Shown here: positions 19,159 to 29,111 of the stretch, piece after piece
Numbering within the stretch: position 1 is the stretch's first letter
How the letters are laid out: every line of letters starts with the position of its first letter
Origin: an uncultured Acidimicrobiaceae bacterium
GTDB taxonomy: Bacteria; Actinomycetota; Acidimicrobiia; Acidimicrobiales; Bog-793
NCBI GenBank assembly: GCA_963831155.1
Contig: CAWHOY010000007.1
Span: 139,235-203,234, forward strand
DNA length: 64,000 bases
Direction: 5' to 3'
The notes under the pieces: generated by a model
Databases searched by the model: none
Told to the model about the DNA's origin: nothing
Seen by the model: the letters and a program-made list of their open reading frames with translations, nothing else
Translations under genes and position numbers: made by a program

Positions 19159-20190
19159 TCAGAATTGGTTCACGACGCTGCGAATACCTCGCCCCGCGCG
19201 CATCTCGGCGAAGGCCCCGGCGACCTCGTCGAGCCCGATCGTCTTTGTCACCAACCCGCCAAGGTCGATCTCACCGATCATCGCGAGCGCCGCGTAGCGC
19301 GGAAAGTCCTCGGCCGGGAGGTGGTCGCCGCCATGGGAGACGACGATGCGCAGCCGCTTGTCGAAGAACTTTGGCAGGTCGATCGACGCCCTCGTACCGG
19401 GGGGCGGGAGACCGATCGACACGAGGGTGCCTCCCTGTCCGAGCAGCTCGAGGGCCAAATCGAACGTCTCGGGCGTGCCGACGACGTCGAAAACTACGTC
19501 GAGCTCGTCGCTGGGGCCGGTGTGTGTCGCCCCGAAGCGCCGCGCTCCCTCAGCTTTCTGTTCGTCGCGGTCGATGGCGTGGATCTCCGTCGCGCCGGCG
19601 AGGCGCGCGCCCTGCACGACGGAGAGCCCGACCGCCCCGCAGCCGATCACCGCAATCCGCGCCCCGGTCGCGAGCCGCGCCGTCTCGAGAACCGACCCGA
19701 TCCCGGTCGCGACACAACAGCCGATCAGACAGGCGTGCTCTGGCGACAGTTCGTCGGGATAAGGGATCGCCGCCGATGCATGAACGACGGTGCGAGTCGC
19801 GAACGTCCCGAGCTGGAGCATCTGGGATAGTTGCTGCCCGCCTGAGAGGTGCAAGCGGCGCTTCGCCGACGGTGGCCGGCGGCAGCGGCGCGGATCGCCG
19901 GAGAGACAGGGCGGACAGCGTCCACATGGCGAGCGCCAACCGAGGATGACCCTCTCGCCGACGGCGAGTTGCTCGACGCCTTCGCCGATTTCTTCAACGA
20001 CGCCCGCCGCCTCGTGGCCGAGCAACACCGGAAGCCGGTGCGACCAGCCCGTCTCGAGCACGTGCAGGTCGCTCCGACAGACCCCACTCGCCTCCATTCG
20101 CACGAGCACCTCGCCCGGCCCCGGCGGCTCGAGCGCGATCTCCTCGATGGCGATGCGGCCAGGCTCGATTGCAACGACGCCCCGATCCAT
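19159..20190 (-). CDS. Zn-dependent alcohol dehydrogenase (MscR/AdhE2-like)
   Basis: 'CRSDLH', 'GHEAAG', structural Zn site 'CGRCPPC...C', 'GCGAVG'. Confidence 0.88.
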   Translation of the reverse strand: MDRGVVAIEPGRIAIEEIALEPPGPGEVLVRMEASGVCRSDLHVLETGWSHRLPVLLGHEAAGVVEEIGEGVEQLAVGERVILGWRSPCGRCPPCLSGDPRRCRRPPSAKRRLHLSGGQQLSQMLQLGTFATRTVVHASAAIPYPDELSPEHACLIGCCVATGIGSVLETARLATGARIAVIGCGAVGLSVVQGARLAGATEIHAIDRDEQKAEGARRFGATHTGPSDELDVVFDVVGTPETFDLALELLGQGGTLVSIGLPPPGTRASIDLPKFFDKRLRIVVSHGGDHLPAEDFPRYAALAMIGEIDLGGLVTKTIGLDEVAGAFAEMRAGRGIRSVVNQF

Positions 20191-20191
20191 C

Positions 20192-21340
20192 TCAGACGAA
20201 GGCGCTCTCGCCCGAAAGCGCGCGGCCGATAATCAGACGTTGGATCTGACTCGTCCCCTCATAAAGCGTCGACACCCGTGCGTCCCGGAGGAACTTGCCG
20301 ACCGGGTATTCGTCGATGAAGCCGTAGCCACCGAAGACCTGCACGGCGTCGTTCGCCGAACGGACGGCGACCTCGCTTGCGTACAGCTTGGCGATCGACG
20401 ACTCGAGAGTGTGCTTTTCTCCTGCATCCGCTCGGGCCGCAGCCTTCCAGGTGAGGAGTCTCGCCGACTCAGCCCCGACGGCCATCTCGGCGATCAGCTC
20501 CTGCACGAGCTGGAAGCCGGCGATCGGCCGGCCGAAGGCCTGCCGATCCTTCGCGTAGCGGACGCTCGCGTCCAGGCAACCCTGGGCGATTCCGACACAG
20601 CCCGCAGCGAGCGAGATGCGACCGGTGTCGAGCGCCGACATCGCCACCGCAAAGCCGTGATCGAGCTCACCGAGTCGGTTCTCGTCGGGAACGCGTACGT
20701 CGTCGAGCGAGAGCTCGGCGGTGTCCTGCGCGCGAAGGCCCAACTTGCCCCTGATCGGTCGCGCCGCGAATCCGCCGCTGTCCGTCGGGACGAGGAAGCA
20801 GGTAATGCCGCGTGCACCAGTTTCCCCGGTACGCGCGAAGACGAGCGCCACCGAGGCCCAGGACCCGAGCGTGATGAATGTCTTCGCCCCGTTGAGCACC
20901 CAGTCCGAGCCATCCCGCTCGGCGCGCGTCACAAGCGCTGCGGCGTCGGAACCACATCCCGGCTCGGTGAGGGCGAAGCAACCGAGCGCGTCTCCGGTCG
21001 CGAGCCGCGGCAGCCATTCCCGGCGCTGCTCTTCGGACCCGAAGCGAGCGATCGTCTTACCGACGAGTCCGACGTTCACCGAGACGATGCCGCGCACCGA
21101 AGAGTCGACTCGTCCCAATTCCTCGACGACGAGCGCGTAGGACAACATGTCGAGGCCGCCGCCGCCGTACTCCTCTGACCAGGCCGCACCGAGGAAGCCG
21201 GCTCCCCCGAGGCGAGCAACAAGTGACCGGTCGATCGCTTCAGCTCGATCCCAGTCGCGCACGTTCGGAGCGATCTCGCGTTCAGCGAACGTCCGCGCTG
21301 ACGTGCGAATCAGCTCTTGTTCCGCCGAGAGGTCGAACAT
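20192..21340 (-). CDS. Acyl-CoA dehydrogenase
   Basis: 'CFALTEPGCGSDA', 'GAKTFIT', 'QVFGGYGF', 'LYEGTSQIQ'. Confidence 0.93.
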   Translation of the reverse strand: MFDLSAEQELIRTSARTFAEREIAPNVRDWDRAEAIDRSLVARLGGAGFLGAAWSEEYGGGGLDMLSYALVVEELGRVDSSVRGIVSVNVGLVGKTIARFGSEEQRREWLPRLATGDALGCFALTEPGCGSDAAALVTRAERDGSDWVLNGAKTFITLGSWASVALVFARTGETGARGITCFLVPTDSGGFAARPIRGKLGLRAQDTAELSLDDVRVPDENRLGELDHGFAVAMSALDTGRISLAAGCVGIAQGCLDASVRYAKDRQAFGRPIAGFQLVQELIAEMAVGAESARLLTWKAAARADAGEKHTLESSIAKLYASEVAVRSANDAVQVFGGYGFIDEYPVGKFLRDARVSTLYEGTSQIQRLIIGRALSGESAFV

Positions 21341-21387
21341 CATTCTGACGGTAATCTGCGCCGAAACCGTCCGACGGGGAGGGACGC

Positions 21388-22320
21388 ATGCCATCGCTCG
21401 ACGGCAAGGTCGCGATCATTACCGGCGCGGGGCGCGGTATCGGTCGAGAGCACGCTCTCGCCCTCTCCCGCGCTGGTGCAATCGTCGTCGTCAACGACCT
21501 CGGTACCAGCCTCGCCGGCGAAGGTGCCGATCTGTCGCCCGCTCAGCAAGTCGTCGAGGAGATCGAGGCGGCCGGGGGCCGTGCGATTGCAAATGGTGAG
21601 AACGTCGCCGACTTCGCAGGCGCCAAGCGACTCGTCGCCGAGGCCGTCGAGACGTTCGGTCAGCTCGACATCCTCGTCAACAACGCCGGGATCCTGCGCG
21701 ACCGGATGCTCGTCACGATGGAAGAAGGTGAGTGGGACGCAGTGATCGAGGTACACCTGAAGGGGCACTTCGCGCCGACGCATCACGCCGCGGACCACTG
21801 GCGAGCGCGATCGAAGGCGGGTGAGGACGTCCGTGGCCGCGTGATCAATACCTCGAGCCCTTCAGGAGTTTTCGGCAACATCGGCCAGGCGAACTACGGC
21901 GCGGCGAAGGCAGGCATCGCCGGTTTCACGCTGATCGCTGCTCAAGAACTCGGTCGCTACGGAGTCACCGTCAACTGCCTGGCACCGAACGCGCGCACGC
22001 GCATGACGGAGTCGGCGTACGGCGAACTCGCGGTGCCCGAAGGATTCGATCTCCTCGATCCGGCTCACAATTCGCCGATCGTGGTTGCGCTCTGCGCGGA
22101 CGAAGCCCAGCACATCACGGGGCAGGTCTTCCTCGTGCAAGGCAAGGCGGTCAACGCGTTGCGCGGCTGGGAGGGTGGCGAGCTCTTTTACTCCGAATCG
22201 GGATGGGATCCCGATGCGCTGCTCGCAGAGCTTTTGACGCGCTACCCCGACGGAGTCGCACCCACCGGAATGATCGAGTCGATGCTGCGAGCCGGTGGGC
22301 AGTCGATGCGGACGCTGTGA
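21388..22320 (+). CDS. SDR oxidoreductase (MFE-2-type 3-hydroxyacyl-CoA dehydrogenase-like)
   Basis: 'TGAGRGIG', 'VVVNDLG', 'NNAGILRD', 'GQANYGAAK'. Confidence 0.9.
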   Translation: MPSLDGKVAIITGAGRGIGREHALALSRAGAIVVVNDLGTSLAGEGADLSPAQQVVEEIEAAGGRAIANGENVADFAGAKRLVAEAVETFGQLDILVNNAGILRDRMLVTMEEGEWDAVIEVHLKGHFAPTHHAADHWRARSKAGEDVRGRVINTSSPSGVFGNIGQANYGAAKAGIAGFTLIAAQELGRYGVTVNCLAPNARTRMTESAYGELAVPEGFDLLDPAHNSPIVVALCADEAQHITGQVFLVQGKAVNALRGWEGGELFYSESGWDPDALLAELLTRYPDGVAPTGMIESMLRAGGQSMRTL

Positions 22321-23837
22321 GCAAGGTCGGTACCCGCAACCTCGCTCGGCTCGCCGACGACGCGTTCGAACGGCACGGCGACCACCCCTACCTCTGCTTC
22401 GAGGGAACCTGGCACGGCTCGCGTGAGATCTGGGAGCGCGGCGCGCGCCTCGCCGCCGGACTCGTCGAAAGAGGCGTCGAGCCTGGTGATCGCGTCCTCG
22501 TCATGATGGAGAATTCGCCCAACGTCAGCGTGGTCTACAACGCCATCGTGCGCGCCGGGGCCGTCATCGTGCCGGCGATCTTCCTCCTCACTACCTCCGA
22601 GGTGCGGCGCATCGTCGTCGACTCCGGAGCCTCGGCCGCAATCACCTCGCCTACTTTCCGCGACGTCGTCGACGCGGCGATGACGGACATGCCGACCGTG
22701 CGCTTCGTCGCGTCGACCGGGGAAGAACTCGAAGAACTCTCGGCATCCGAGCCGGGACAGATTGTGCCGCGTGCCGACGACGATCTCGCCGCGCTCGTCT
22801 ACACGGGGGGCACGACCGGTCGTTCGAAGGGCGTCATGCTCACCCATGCCAACTGGTGGGAAGCGGGTCGGAGCGGCCACCTGGCAAGCTACATACCTGG
22901 ACTCAACCGTTCACTGACATCGCTGCCACTCTCCCACTCCTACGGTCTGCTCGTCTTCGTCTCATCGCTGCAGACGATCGAACCGCCAGAGACGGTGTTG
23001 ATGCGGTGGTTCGATCCCGAAGGATGGCTATCGCTCGCGCAGGAGCACCGCACGCAGTTCGCGGCGGTCGTCCCGTCGATGATCTACCGGTTGCTCTCTC
23101 AGCCGCTCGAGGACTACGACCTCTCCGCGCTCCGGCAGGTCGTCTCGGGCGCGGCGCCTTTGAGTGTCAAAGCGATGGAAGAGTTCACGCGGCGCGTGCC
23201 CAGCGTCGAGGTCCGCGAGGGCTACGGCCTCACAGAGACCTCCGCGCTCTGCTCCACGAATCCGCCCGGAGCCGCGAGGCCGGGCACCGTCGGACCTCCA
23301 GTCGAAGGCACCGATGTACGGCTGCTCGGCGATGACGGCAACGAGGTGCCCGCTGGTGAGCCGGGCGAGATCTGGATCCGCTCGAAGCTGGTGATGACCG
23401 GCTACTGGAACGCACCAGAACTCACCGCAGAGACGCTCCGCGACGGCTGGGTCCGCACGGGCGACGTCGGACGGCTCGACGAAAAGGGCTATCTCTCGAT
23501 CGTCGACCGCAAAAAGGACCTGATCCTGCGCGGCGGTTTCAACGTTTTCCCGCGCGACGTCGAAGATGCGCTCCTCGACCATCCTTGCGTCACCGCTGCG
23601 TCGGTCGTCGGACGCCCAGACGCGCTGCACGGCGAGGAGGTCGTCGCGTTCGTCACGCTCACCGACGGGAGCGAGACGAGCCCCGACGAGCTGCTCGCGT
23701 TCGCGAAGAGCCGACTCGCGGCGTACAAGTACCCGCGGGAAATACGGTTACTCCCCTCGTTGCCGATGACGCTCGTTGGCAAGATCGACCGCAAGGCGTT
23801 ACGCGAGCTGTTGACCAAAGAAGGAGCGACAACATGA
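22317..23837 (+). CDS. AMP-binding acyl-CoA synthetase
   Basis: 'YTGGTTGRSKG', 'EGYGLTE', 'RTGD', 'DRKKDLILRGG'. GTG overlaps the upstream stop. Confidence 0.92.
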   Translation: MSKVGTRNLARLADDAFERHGDHPYLCFEGTWHGSREIWERGARLAAGLVERGVEPGDRVLVMMENSPNVSVVYNAIVRAGAVIVPAIFLLTTSEVRRIVVDSGASAAITSPTFRDVVDAAMTDMPTVRFVASTGEELEELSASEPGQIVPRADDDLAALVYTGGTTGRSKGVMLTHANWWEAGRSGHLASYIPGLNRSLTSLPLSHSYGLLVFVSSLQTIEPPETVLMRWFDPEGWLSLAQEHRTQFAAVVPSMIYRLLSQPLEDYDLSALRQVVSGAAPLSVKAMEEFTRRVPSVEVREGYGLTETSALCSTNPPGAARPGTVGPPVEGTDVRLLGDDGNEVPAGEPGEIWIRSKLVMTGYWNAPELTAETLRDGWVRTGDVGRLDEKGYLSIVDRKKDLILRGGFNVFPRDVEDALLDHPCVTAASVVGRPDALHGEEVVAFVTLTDGSETSPDELLAFAKSRLAAYKYPREIRLLPSLPMTLVGKIDRKALRELLTKEGATT

Positions 23838-24298
23838 CGACGACGATGACGCTTGCCGAGCTCGAACAGTCACAGGACCGCGATCTCGGAACGAGCTCCT
23901 GGTACACGATCGAACAGGAGCGGATCAATCTCTTCGCCGACGCGACCGACGATCACCAGTGGATCCACGTCGACCCGCAAGCCGCCGCGAAGGGACCATT
24001 CGGCGCAACCGTCGCGCACGGCTACCTGACGTTGTCGCTGTTGCCACAGATGCTCCACGAGATCATCTCGCTGAGCGACGCGCAGATGGGGGTGAACTAC
24101 GGCACGGAGAAAGTCCGCTTCACATCTCCTGTGACGGTGAACTCGCGCATCCGCCTCCACGCGAAGTTGCTGAGGGCGCAACGGCGCGGGCCGAGTGTCA
24201 TCTACCACGTCGGCGTCGAAGTCGAGATCGAGGGACAAGAAAAACCTGCGCTTGTCGGTGAGGTCGTTTTCCTGGCCGCTGGAGGAGCTAATGCCTGA
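23834..24298 (+). CDS. MaoC-family (R)-enoyl-CoA hydratase
   Basis: Hydratase motif 'FADATDDHQWIHVD', 'AHGYLTLSL', 'NYG'; RBS 'aaggag'. Confidence 0.9.
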   Translation: MTTTMTLAELEQSQDRDLGTSSWYTIEQERINLFADATDDHQWIHVDPQAAAKGPFGATVAHGYLTLSLLPQMLHEIISLSDAQMGVNYGTEKVRFTSPVTVNSRIRLHAKLLRAQRRGPSVIYHVGVEVEIEGQEKPALVGEVVFLAAGGANA

Positions 24299-25439
24299 AG
24301 CGCTGATCGTCGCCGCCGCGCGAACGCCGATCGGCCGCGCGGCAAAGGGTTCGCTCGTCGACGTGAGGCCCGACGACCTCGTCGCGTTCGCGATCGACGC
24401 CGCGCTGTCGCGCGTACCAGGACTCGATCCGGCCGAGATCGTCGATGTGATGGTCGGGTGCGGTTTCCCTGAGCAGAAACAGGGGATGAACATCGGCCGG
24501 AGGGCTGCGCTGCTCGCCGGCCTCCCTGACACGGTGCCGGGCACAACGGTCAACCGATTCTGCGCCTCGAGCCTGCAGACGATCCGCATGGCCTTCCACG
24601 CGGTCCGCGCAGGCGAGGGCGATGCTTTCGTCGCGGCCGGCGTCGAGTCGATCTCGCAGGTGAACACGATGCCGCGTGACTTGGCAGACCTCCATCCGAA
24701 ACTCCTCGGCGACAACGCGGCGATCGCCAACGTCTACATCCCAATGGGTCTGACCGCCGAGAACGTCGCCGAACAGTGGAACGTTGCCCGCGAGGAGATG
24801 GACCAGTTCGCGCAGCGTTCGCAAGAACGCGCCGTCGCCGCCCAGGATTCGGGCTTCTTCGCCCGCGAGATCGCTCCCTTCGACGGCGTGGCAAACGACG
24901 ACGGCCCGCGTCGCGAGTCGACACTCGAACGACTCGCCTCGCTCGAGCCAGCGTTCAAGCCCGGCGGCAAGGTGACCGCCGGCAACGCCTGTCCGCTCAA
25001 CGACGGTGCCGCCGCGGTCGTCATCCTCAGTGACACCCGCGCCCGCGAGCTCGGAGTCAAGCCGCGCGCTCGCATCGTCGCCTCGGCGGTGTCGGGCGTG
25101 ACTCCCGAGATCATGGGCGTGGGCCCGATCGAGGCGGTACGGACGGTTCTCGAGCGGGCGAAGATGACGATCGACGACATCGACGTGATCGAACTCAACG
25201 AAGCGTTCGCAGCCCAGGTCCTGCCGGTGTGTCGCGAGATCGGCGTCGATCCCTTCGGCGAGAAACTCAACCCGCACGGCGGCGCGATCGCGCTCGGTCA
25301 CCCGTTCGGAATGACCGGGGCGAGAATCTTGAACACGCTCCTCAACGACTTGGAGACGCTCGACAAGACCGTCGGTCTCGAAACGATGTGCGTCGGAGGC
25401 GGTCAGGGAATGGCGATGATCATCGAGCGCGAAAACTGA
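24291..25439 (+). CDS. Acetyl-CoA C-acyltransferase (thiolase)
   Basis: 'NRFCASS', 'NEAFA', 'GGAIALGHPFG', 'MCVGGGQG'; RBS 'ggagga'. Confidence 0.95.
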   Translation: MPEALIVAAARTPIGRAAKGSLVDVRPDDLVAFAIDAALSRVPGLDPAEIVDVMVGCGFPEQKQGMNIGRRAALLAGLPDTVPGTTVNRFCASSLQTIRMAFHAVRAGEGDAFVAAGVESISQVNTMPRDLADLHPKLLGDNAAIANVYIPMGLTAENVAEQWNVAREEMDQFAQRSQERAVAAQDSGFFAREIAPFDGVANDDGPRRESTLERLASLEPAFKPGGKVTAGNACPLNDGAAAVVILSDTRARELGVKPRARIVASAVSGVTPEIMGVGPIEAVRTVLERAKMTIDDIDVIELNEAFAAQVLPVCREIGVDPFGEKLNPHGGAIALGHPFGMTGARILNTLLNDLETLDKTVGLETMCVGGGQGMAMIIEREN

Positions 25440-25455
25440 TCTGATCGCACGCAGT

Positions 25456-26226
25456 TCAGGCCGACTGACCTCCATCGACGACGAGCGTGTGACCGGTGAC
25501 GTAGGCGCCGGCCTGGGACGCGAGGAGCGCGACCGCTCCTTTCAAGTCGTCCTGGCCGCCAAACCGGCCGAGCGGAATCCCGGGCAGCAACGCCTCGCCG
25601 AAACGTTCGAGGAGCACCTTTGACATGTCCGACGGAAACCACCCTGGAGCGATCGCGTTGACGCGGATGCCGTAGCGCGCCCATTTCCACGCAAGGTCGC
25701 GGGTGAGCGCAATGACTCCGCCCTTGCTTGCGGAGTAGGCGACCGCGTCCATCATCCCGGGTCGCGAGCCGTGCAGACCGGCGACCGACGCGATGTTGAT
25801 GATGGCGCCCCCTCCCTGCGCGATCATTCGACGGGCGACGGCCTGCGAAAAAAGGAAGAGGCCCGTGAGGTTGACGTCGATCACCTTCTGCCATCCCTCA
25901 AGCGGTGTCTCCTCAGCGGGCGCGCCCCAGCTCGTACCGGCGTCATTGACGAGCACATCGACGCGCTCGAACTCTTCGACGGTCCGTTCGACGAGCGCTT
26001 CGATGTCGTCTGGCTGCCGGACATCGCAACGGAGCGCCAGCGCCCGCACGCCAAGCTCTGAAAGCTCGGCTGCGGTTTTCTCGCACCGCTCGAGTTTGCG
26101 GGCGCAGATGACGACGTTCGAACCGAGCTCGGCGAGAGCGATCGCCATTTGCCGGCCGATGCCGCTCCCGCCGCCCGTGACGATCGTCGCCTTGCCGGAC
26201 AGATCGAAAAGCTCTTGTGGCCGCAT
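25456..26226 (-). CDS. SDR oxidoreductase
   Basis: 'TGGGSGIG', 'YSASK', 'VNAIAPG', 'VVDGG'. Confidence 0.9.
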   Translation of the reverse strand: MRPQELFDLSGKATIVTGGGSGIGRQMAIALAELGSNVVICARKLERCEKTAAELSELGVRALALRCDVRQPDDIEALVERTVEEFERVDVLVNDAGTSWGAPAEETPLEGWQKVIDVNLTGLFLFSQAVARRMIAQGGGAIINIASVAGLHGSRPGMMDAVAYSASKGGVIALTRDLAWKWARYGIRVNAIAPGWFPSDMSKVLLERFGEALLPGIPLGRFGGQDDLKGAVALLASQAGAYVTGHTLVVDGGQSA

Positions 26227-26246
26227 CGGTGTGCGATGGTAACGGA

Positions 26247-27455
26247 ATGACGGTCAACTCCCTCGGTGTCCCCGTCGAGCACGAAAAGCTGCGCGAGCGA
26301 TACCGCGTGTTCATGGAGTCCGACGTCTACCCGAACGAAATGGCGCTGTCGCGTGAGGACGACGAGGCGGAGTCGCTGCTCGCCGAACTGCGCGCCAGGG
26401 CGAAGTCCGAAGGGCTCTGGGCACCGCACCTACCGCATGAGGCGGGTGGCACAGGACTCGGCTTCCTCGCGTACGCGAACCTCAACGAGGAGATCGGCCG
26501 CGTCACCTGGGCTCAACTGATCTTCAACTGTCAAGCACCCGACGCCGGCAACGGGGAGATCCTCCACCTGTTCGGAACCGACGCGCAGAAAGAGCGCTTC
26601 TTGAAGCCGCTCGTTGAAGGCGAAGCTCGATCCTTCTTCTCGATGACCGAGCCCGACGTCTCCGGCGCAGACCCGACCGGTCTCAGAACGACGGCAGTTT
26701 TAGACGGGGACGAGTGGGTGATCGACGGCACAAAGTGGTTCTCCTCCGGGGCCGAAGGCGCCGCCTTCGGCATCGTGATGGCCGTCACCGACCCCGACGC
26801 GGAGCCCCATCGGCGGATGAGCCAGATCCTCGTCCCAGCCGACGCGCCGGGCATCGAGATCGAGGCGGTGCCGGTGTTCGGTCACCGCGGCCGCGGTTGG
26901 TCGACGCACTGCGAGGTGCGCTACTCGGGCGTCCGCGCGCCGGCCGAGAACATCCTCGGCGAGCGCGGTGACGGCTTCCTGATCGCGCAGAAGCGACTCG
27001 GACCGGGCCGCATCCATCACGTCATGCGCTGGCTCGGCCAGATGCAGCGCGCGTTCGAGCTGATGTGCATACGAGCGCTCGAGCGCGACGCCTTCGGCGG
27101 TCCGCTCGCCGAGAAACAAACGGTGCAGAACTGGATCGCCGACTCGGCCGCCGAGATCCACGCCTGCCGGCTGATGACCTACGACGCCGCACGCAAGATC
27201 GACGAAGGCGCCGACGCGCGCGTCGAGATCTCGCTGATCAAGTTCTACGCGGCGACGGCTCTCTCGAATGTGATCGACCGCGCCGTCCAGGTTCACGGCG
27301 GCCTCGGTCTCACCGATCGCTCGCCGCTCTCGCACATGTATGTGATGGCCCGCGGCGGCCATATTTACGACGGCCCCGACGAAGTGCACCGCATGGTCGT
27401 GAGCCGGCGCATCCTGAGGTCCTTCTCCAAAGGCGAGCCCTGGACGTTTCGCTAG
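26247..27455 (+). CDS. Acyl-CoA dehydrogenase, ACAD10/11 (FadE2-like) subgroup
   Basis: 'FNCQAPDAGNGEIL', 'FSMTEP', 'AQKRLGPGRIHH', 'IYDGPDEVH' are typical of this subgroup. Confidence 0.9.
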   Translation: MTVNSLGVPVEHEKLRERYRVFMESDVYPNEMALSREDDEAESLLAELRARAKSEGLWAPHLPHEAGGTGLGFLAYANLNEEIGRVTWAQLIFNCQAPDAGNGEILHLFGTDAQKERFLKPLVEGEARSFFSMTEPDVSGADPTGLRTTAVLDGDEWVIDGTKWFSSGAEGAAFGIVMAVTDPDAEPHRRMSQILVPADAPGIEIEAVPVFGHRGRGWSTHCEVRYSGVRAPAENILGERGDGFLIAQKRLGPGRIHHVMRWLGQMQRAFELMCIRALERDAFGGPLAEKQTVQNWIADSAAEIHACRLMTYDAARKIDEGADARVEISLIKFYAATALSNVIDRAVQVHGGLGLTDRSPLSHMYVMARGGHIYDGPDEVHRMVVSRRILRSFSKGEPWTFR

Positions 27456-28165
27456 TCGAGTTCGTTGCGCAGACGATCGGGCGGAGGACCGACGGGGGCC
27501 CCGGTCGCGTCGCGCGGCCCGGGGACGTTCGGGAAGCGAAACGGCTCCGGATCCCGTCCAGGCTGCACGACCCAGACCTTCCCGGTCCCGCCGTCGCGTG
27601 CCGCACGGAGGACCGTCCGGGCGACCTCTTCGGGCCGAAGCAGCGGGAATCCCGACCGTTCCAATATCTCCCTTGTCGCCGAGATGAGCGGGGTGTCGGC
27701 GATTCCCGGAGCGACGGCGCTGATGCGAATACCGCGTCGTTCGAGCTGTGGCGCGACGCTGCGCACGAAACCGACGACGGCATGCTTGGTTAGCGAATAG
27801 AGCGGATCACTCGGAAGCGGCACGAGGCCAGCGAGCGAGGCGGTCGCGACGATCGCGCTGCCGGGTTCCATCACCGCTGCGAGGCGGCGCGTTCCGAGGA
27901 CAACGCCGTCCACGTTCGCGGCCAAGATGCGACGGTACGCATCATCCGATATGGCTGAGAACTCGGATTCGCCCGTTGTCACACCGGCGTTCAAGCTGGC
28001 GAGATCGACGGGTCCGATCTCGTCCCAGGCGCGCGGGTTCGCGACATCGAAGCCGTCGCGCAGGTCGAGCACGCGCACGTCGACGCCCTCTTCCTCGAGC
28101 AGCGCGACCAGCGCCGCTCCGATCCCAGATGCTCCCCCGGTGACAAGGGCCGTGCGCGGAAACAC
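27452..28165 (-). CDS. SDR oxidoreductase
   Basis: 'TGGASGIG', 'LNAGV', 'YSLTK'. Confidence 0.88.
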   Translation of the reverse strand: MFPRTALVTGGASGIGAALVALLEEEGVDVRVLDLRDGFDVANPRAWDEIGPVDLASLNAGVTTGESEFSAISDDAYRRILAANVDGVVLGTRRLAAVMEPGSAIVATASLAGLVPLPSDPLYSLTKHAVVGFVRSVAPQLERRGIRISAVAPGIADTPLISATREILERSGFPLLRPEEVARTVLRAARDGGTGKVWVVQPGRDPEPFRFPNVPGPRDATGAPVGPPPDRLRNELD

Positions 28166-28171
28166 GGCGCC

Positions 28172-28178
28172 TACAGTA
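28172..28178. promoter_or_regulatory. Overlapping bidirectional -10 element (TACAGTA) for two leaderless divergent genes
   Basis: TACAGT (+) lies 8 nt before GTG 28186; TACTGT (-) lies 7 nt before GTG 28165. Only 20 nt separate the starts and there is no SD. Confidence 0.55.
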
Positions 28179-28185
28179 AGCGTCT

Positions 28186-29109
28186 GTGCGCGTCGGACTG
28201 ACTATCCCTTTTCAAGGAGTCTCATTAACCGAGCTACCCGACCTCGTGCGACGCATCGAGGCGGCAGGCTACGACAGCCTCTGGACCGAGGAGTCGGTCA
28301 ATTTCGACGGCATCACACCGCTCGTCATCGCCGCTCAGCACAGCGAGCGTCTTCGGCTCGCGAGCGGCATCATCAACGTTTTCACACGCGGTCCAGCGCT
28401 TCTTGCGCAAACTGCCGCAGCGCTCGCGGAGCTGAGCGGTGGCCGATTCGTATTCGGGCTCGGGACCTCTTCGAACGTGATCGTCGAACAGTGGAACGGC
28501 ATCCCCTTCACGCGACCCCTCGAAAAGATGCGCGACACCGTGGAATACCTGCGCGGTGTGCTCTCAGGTGAGCGCGGGCCCGGCGGTTTCCGGCTGCCAC
28601 GACCGCCGACGCGACCTGTCCCGATCGTTGTCGCCGCGTTGCGCCCGTCGATGCTGCGACTTGCGGCTCAAATCGGCGACGGTGCCTTCACGAATTTCCT
28701 CCCACTCGGCAGCGCTTCGACGGTGGTCGACGCGTTCGGATCCCCCGACAAAGAGCTCGTGTGTCGCTTCTTCGTCGTGCCTGGGCCGGAAGACGAGGCC
28801 CTCGCAGTCGCGAGACGTGTCTTCGTCGCGTACGCGACCGTGCCGGTCTATTCGGAGTTCTTCCGTTGGCTCGGATGGTCGGAGGCGGTCGACCCGGTCG
28901 TTGCCGCCTGGAACGCCGGTGACCGGTCGCAGGCTCTCGAGCTTGTCAGGGATGATCTTGTGCGCGAGACGTTCTTAATCGGCCCGTTGGCAGGACAACG
29001 CGAACGATTGAAGGCGTTTGCCGAGGCGGGCGTCGACACCGCCGTACTCGCCGTGATCGCGCCGCCATCGGAACTCGACTCTGTGATCGACGCCTTCGCG
29101 CCCGCGTAG
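28186..29109 (+). CDS. LLM-class (probably F420-dependent) oxidoreductase
   Basis: 'GYDSLWTEE', 'SGGRFVFGLG', 'PIVVAALRPSM'. Confidence 0.88.
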   Translation: MRVGLTIPFQGVSLTELPDLVRRIEAAGYDSLWTEESVNFDGITPLVIAAQHSERLRLASGIINVFTRGPALLAQTAAALAELSGGRFVFGLGTSSNVIVEQWNGIPFTRPLEKMRDTVEYLRGVLSGERGPGGFRLPRPPTRPVPIVVAALRPSMLRLAAQIGDGAFTNFLPLGSASTVVDAFGSPDKELVCRFFVVPGPEDEALAVARRVFVAYATVPVYSEFFRWLGWSEAVDPVVAAWNAGDRSQALELVRDDLVRETFLIGPLAGQRERLKAFAEAGVDTAVLAVIAPPSELDSVIDAFAPA

Positions 29110-29111
29110 AG

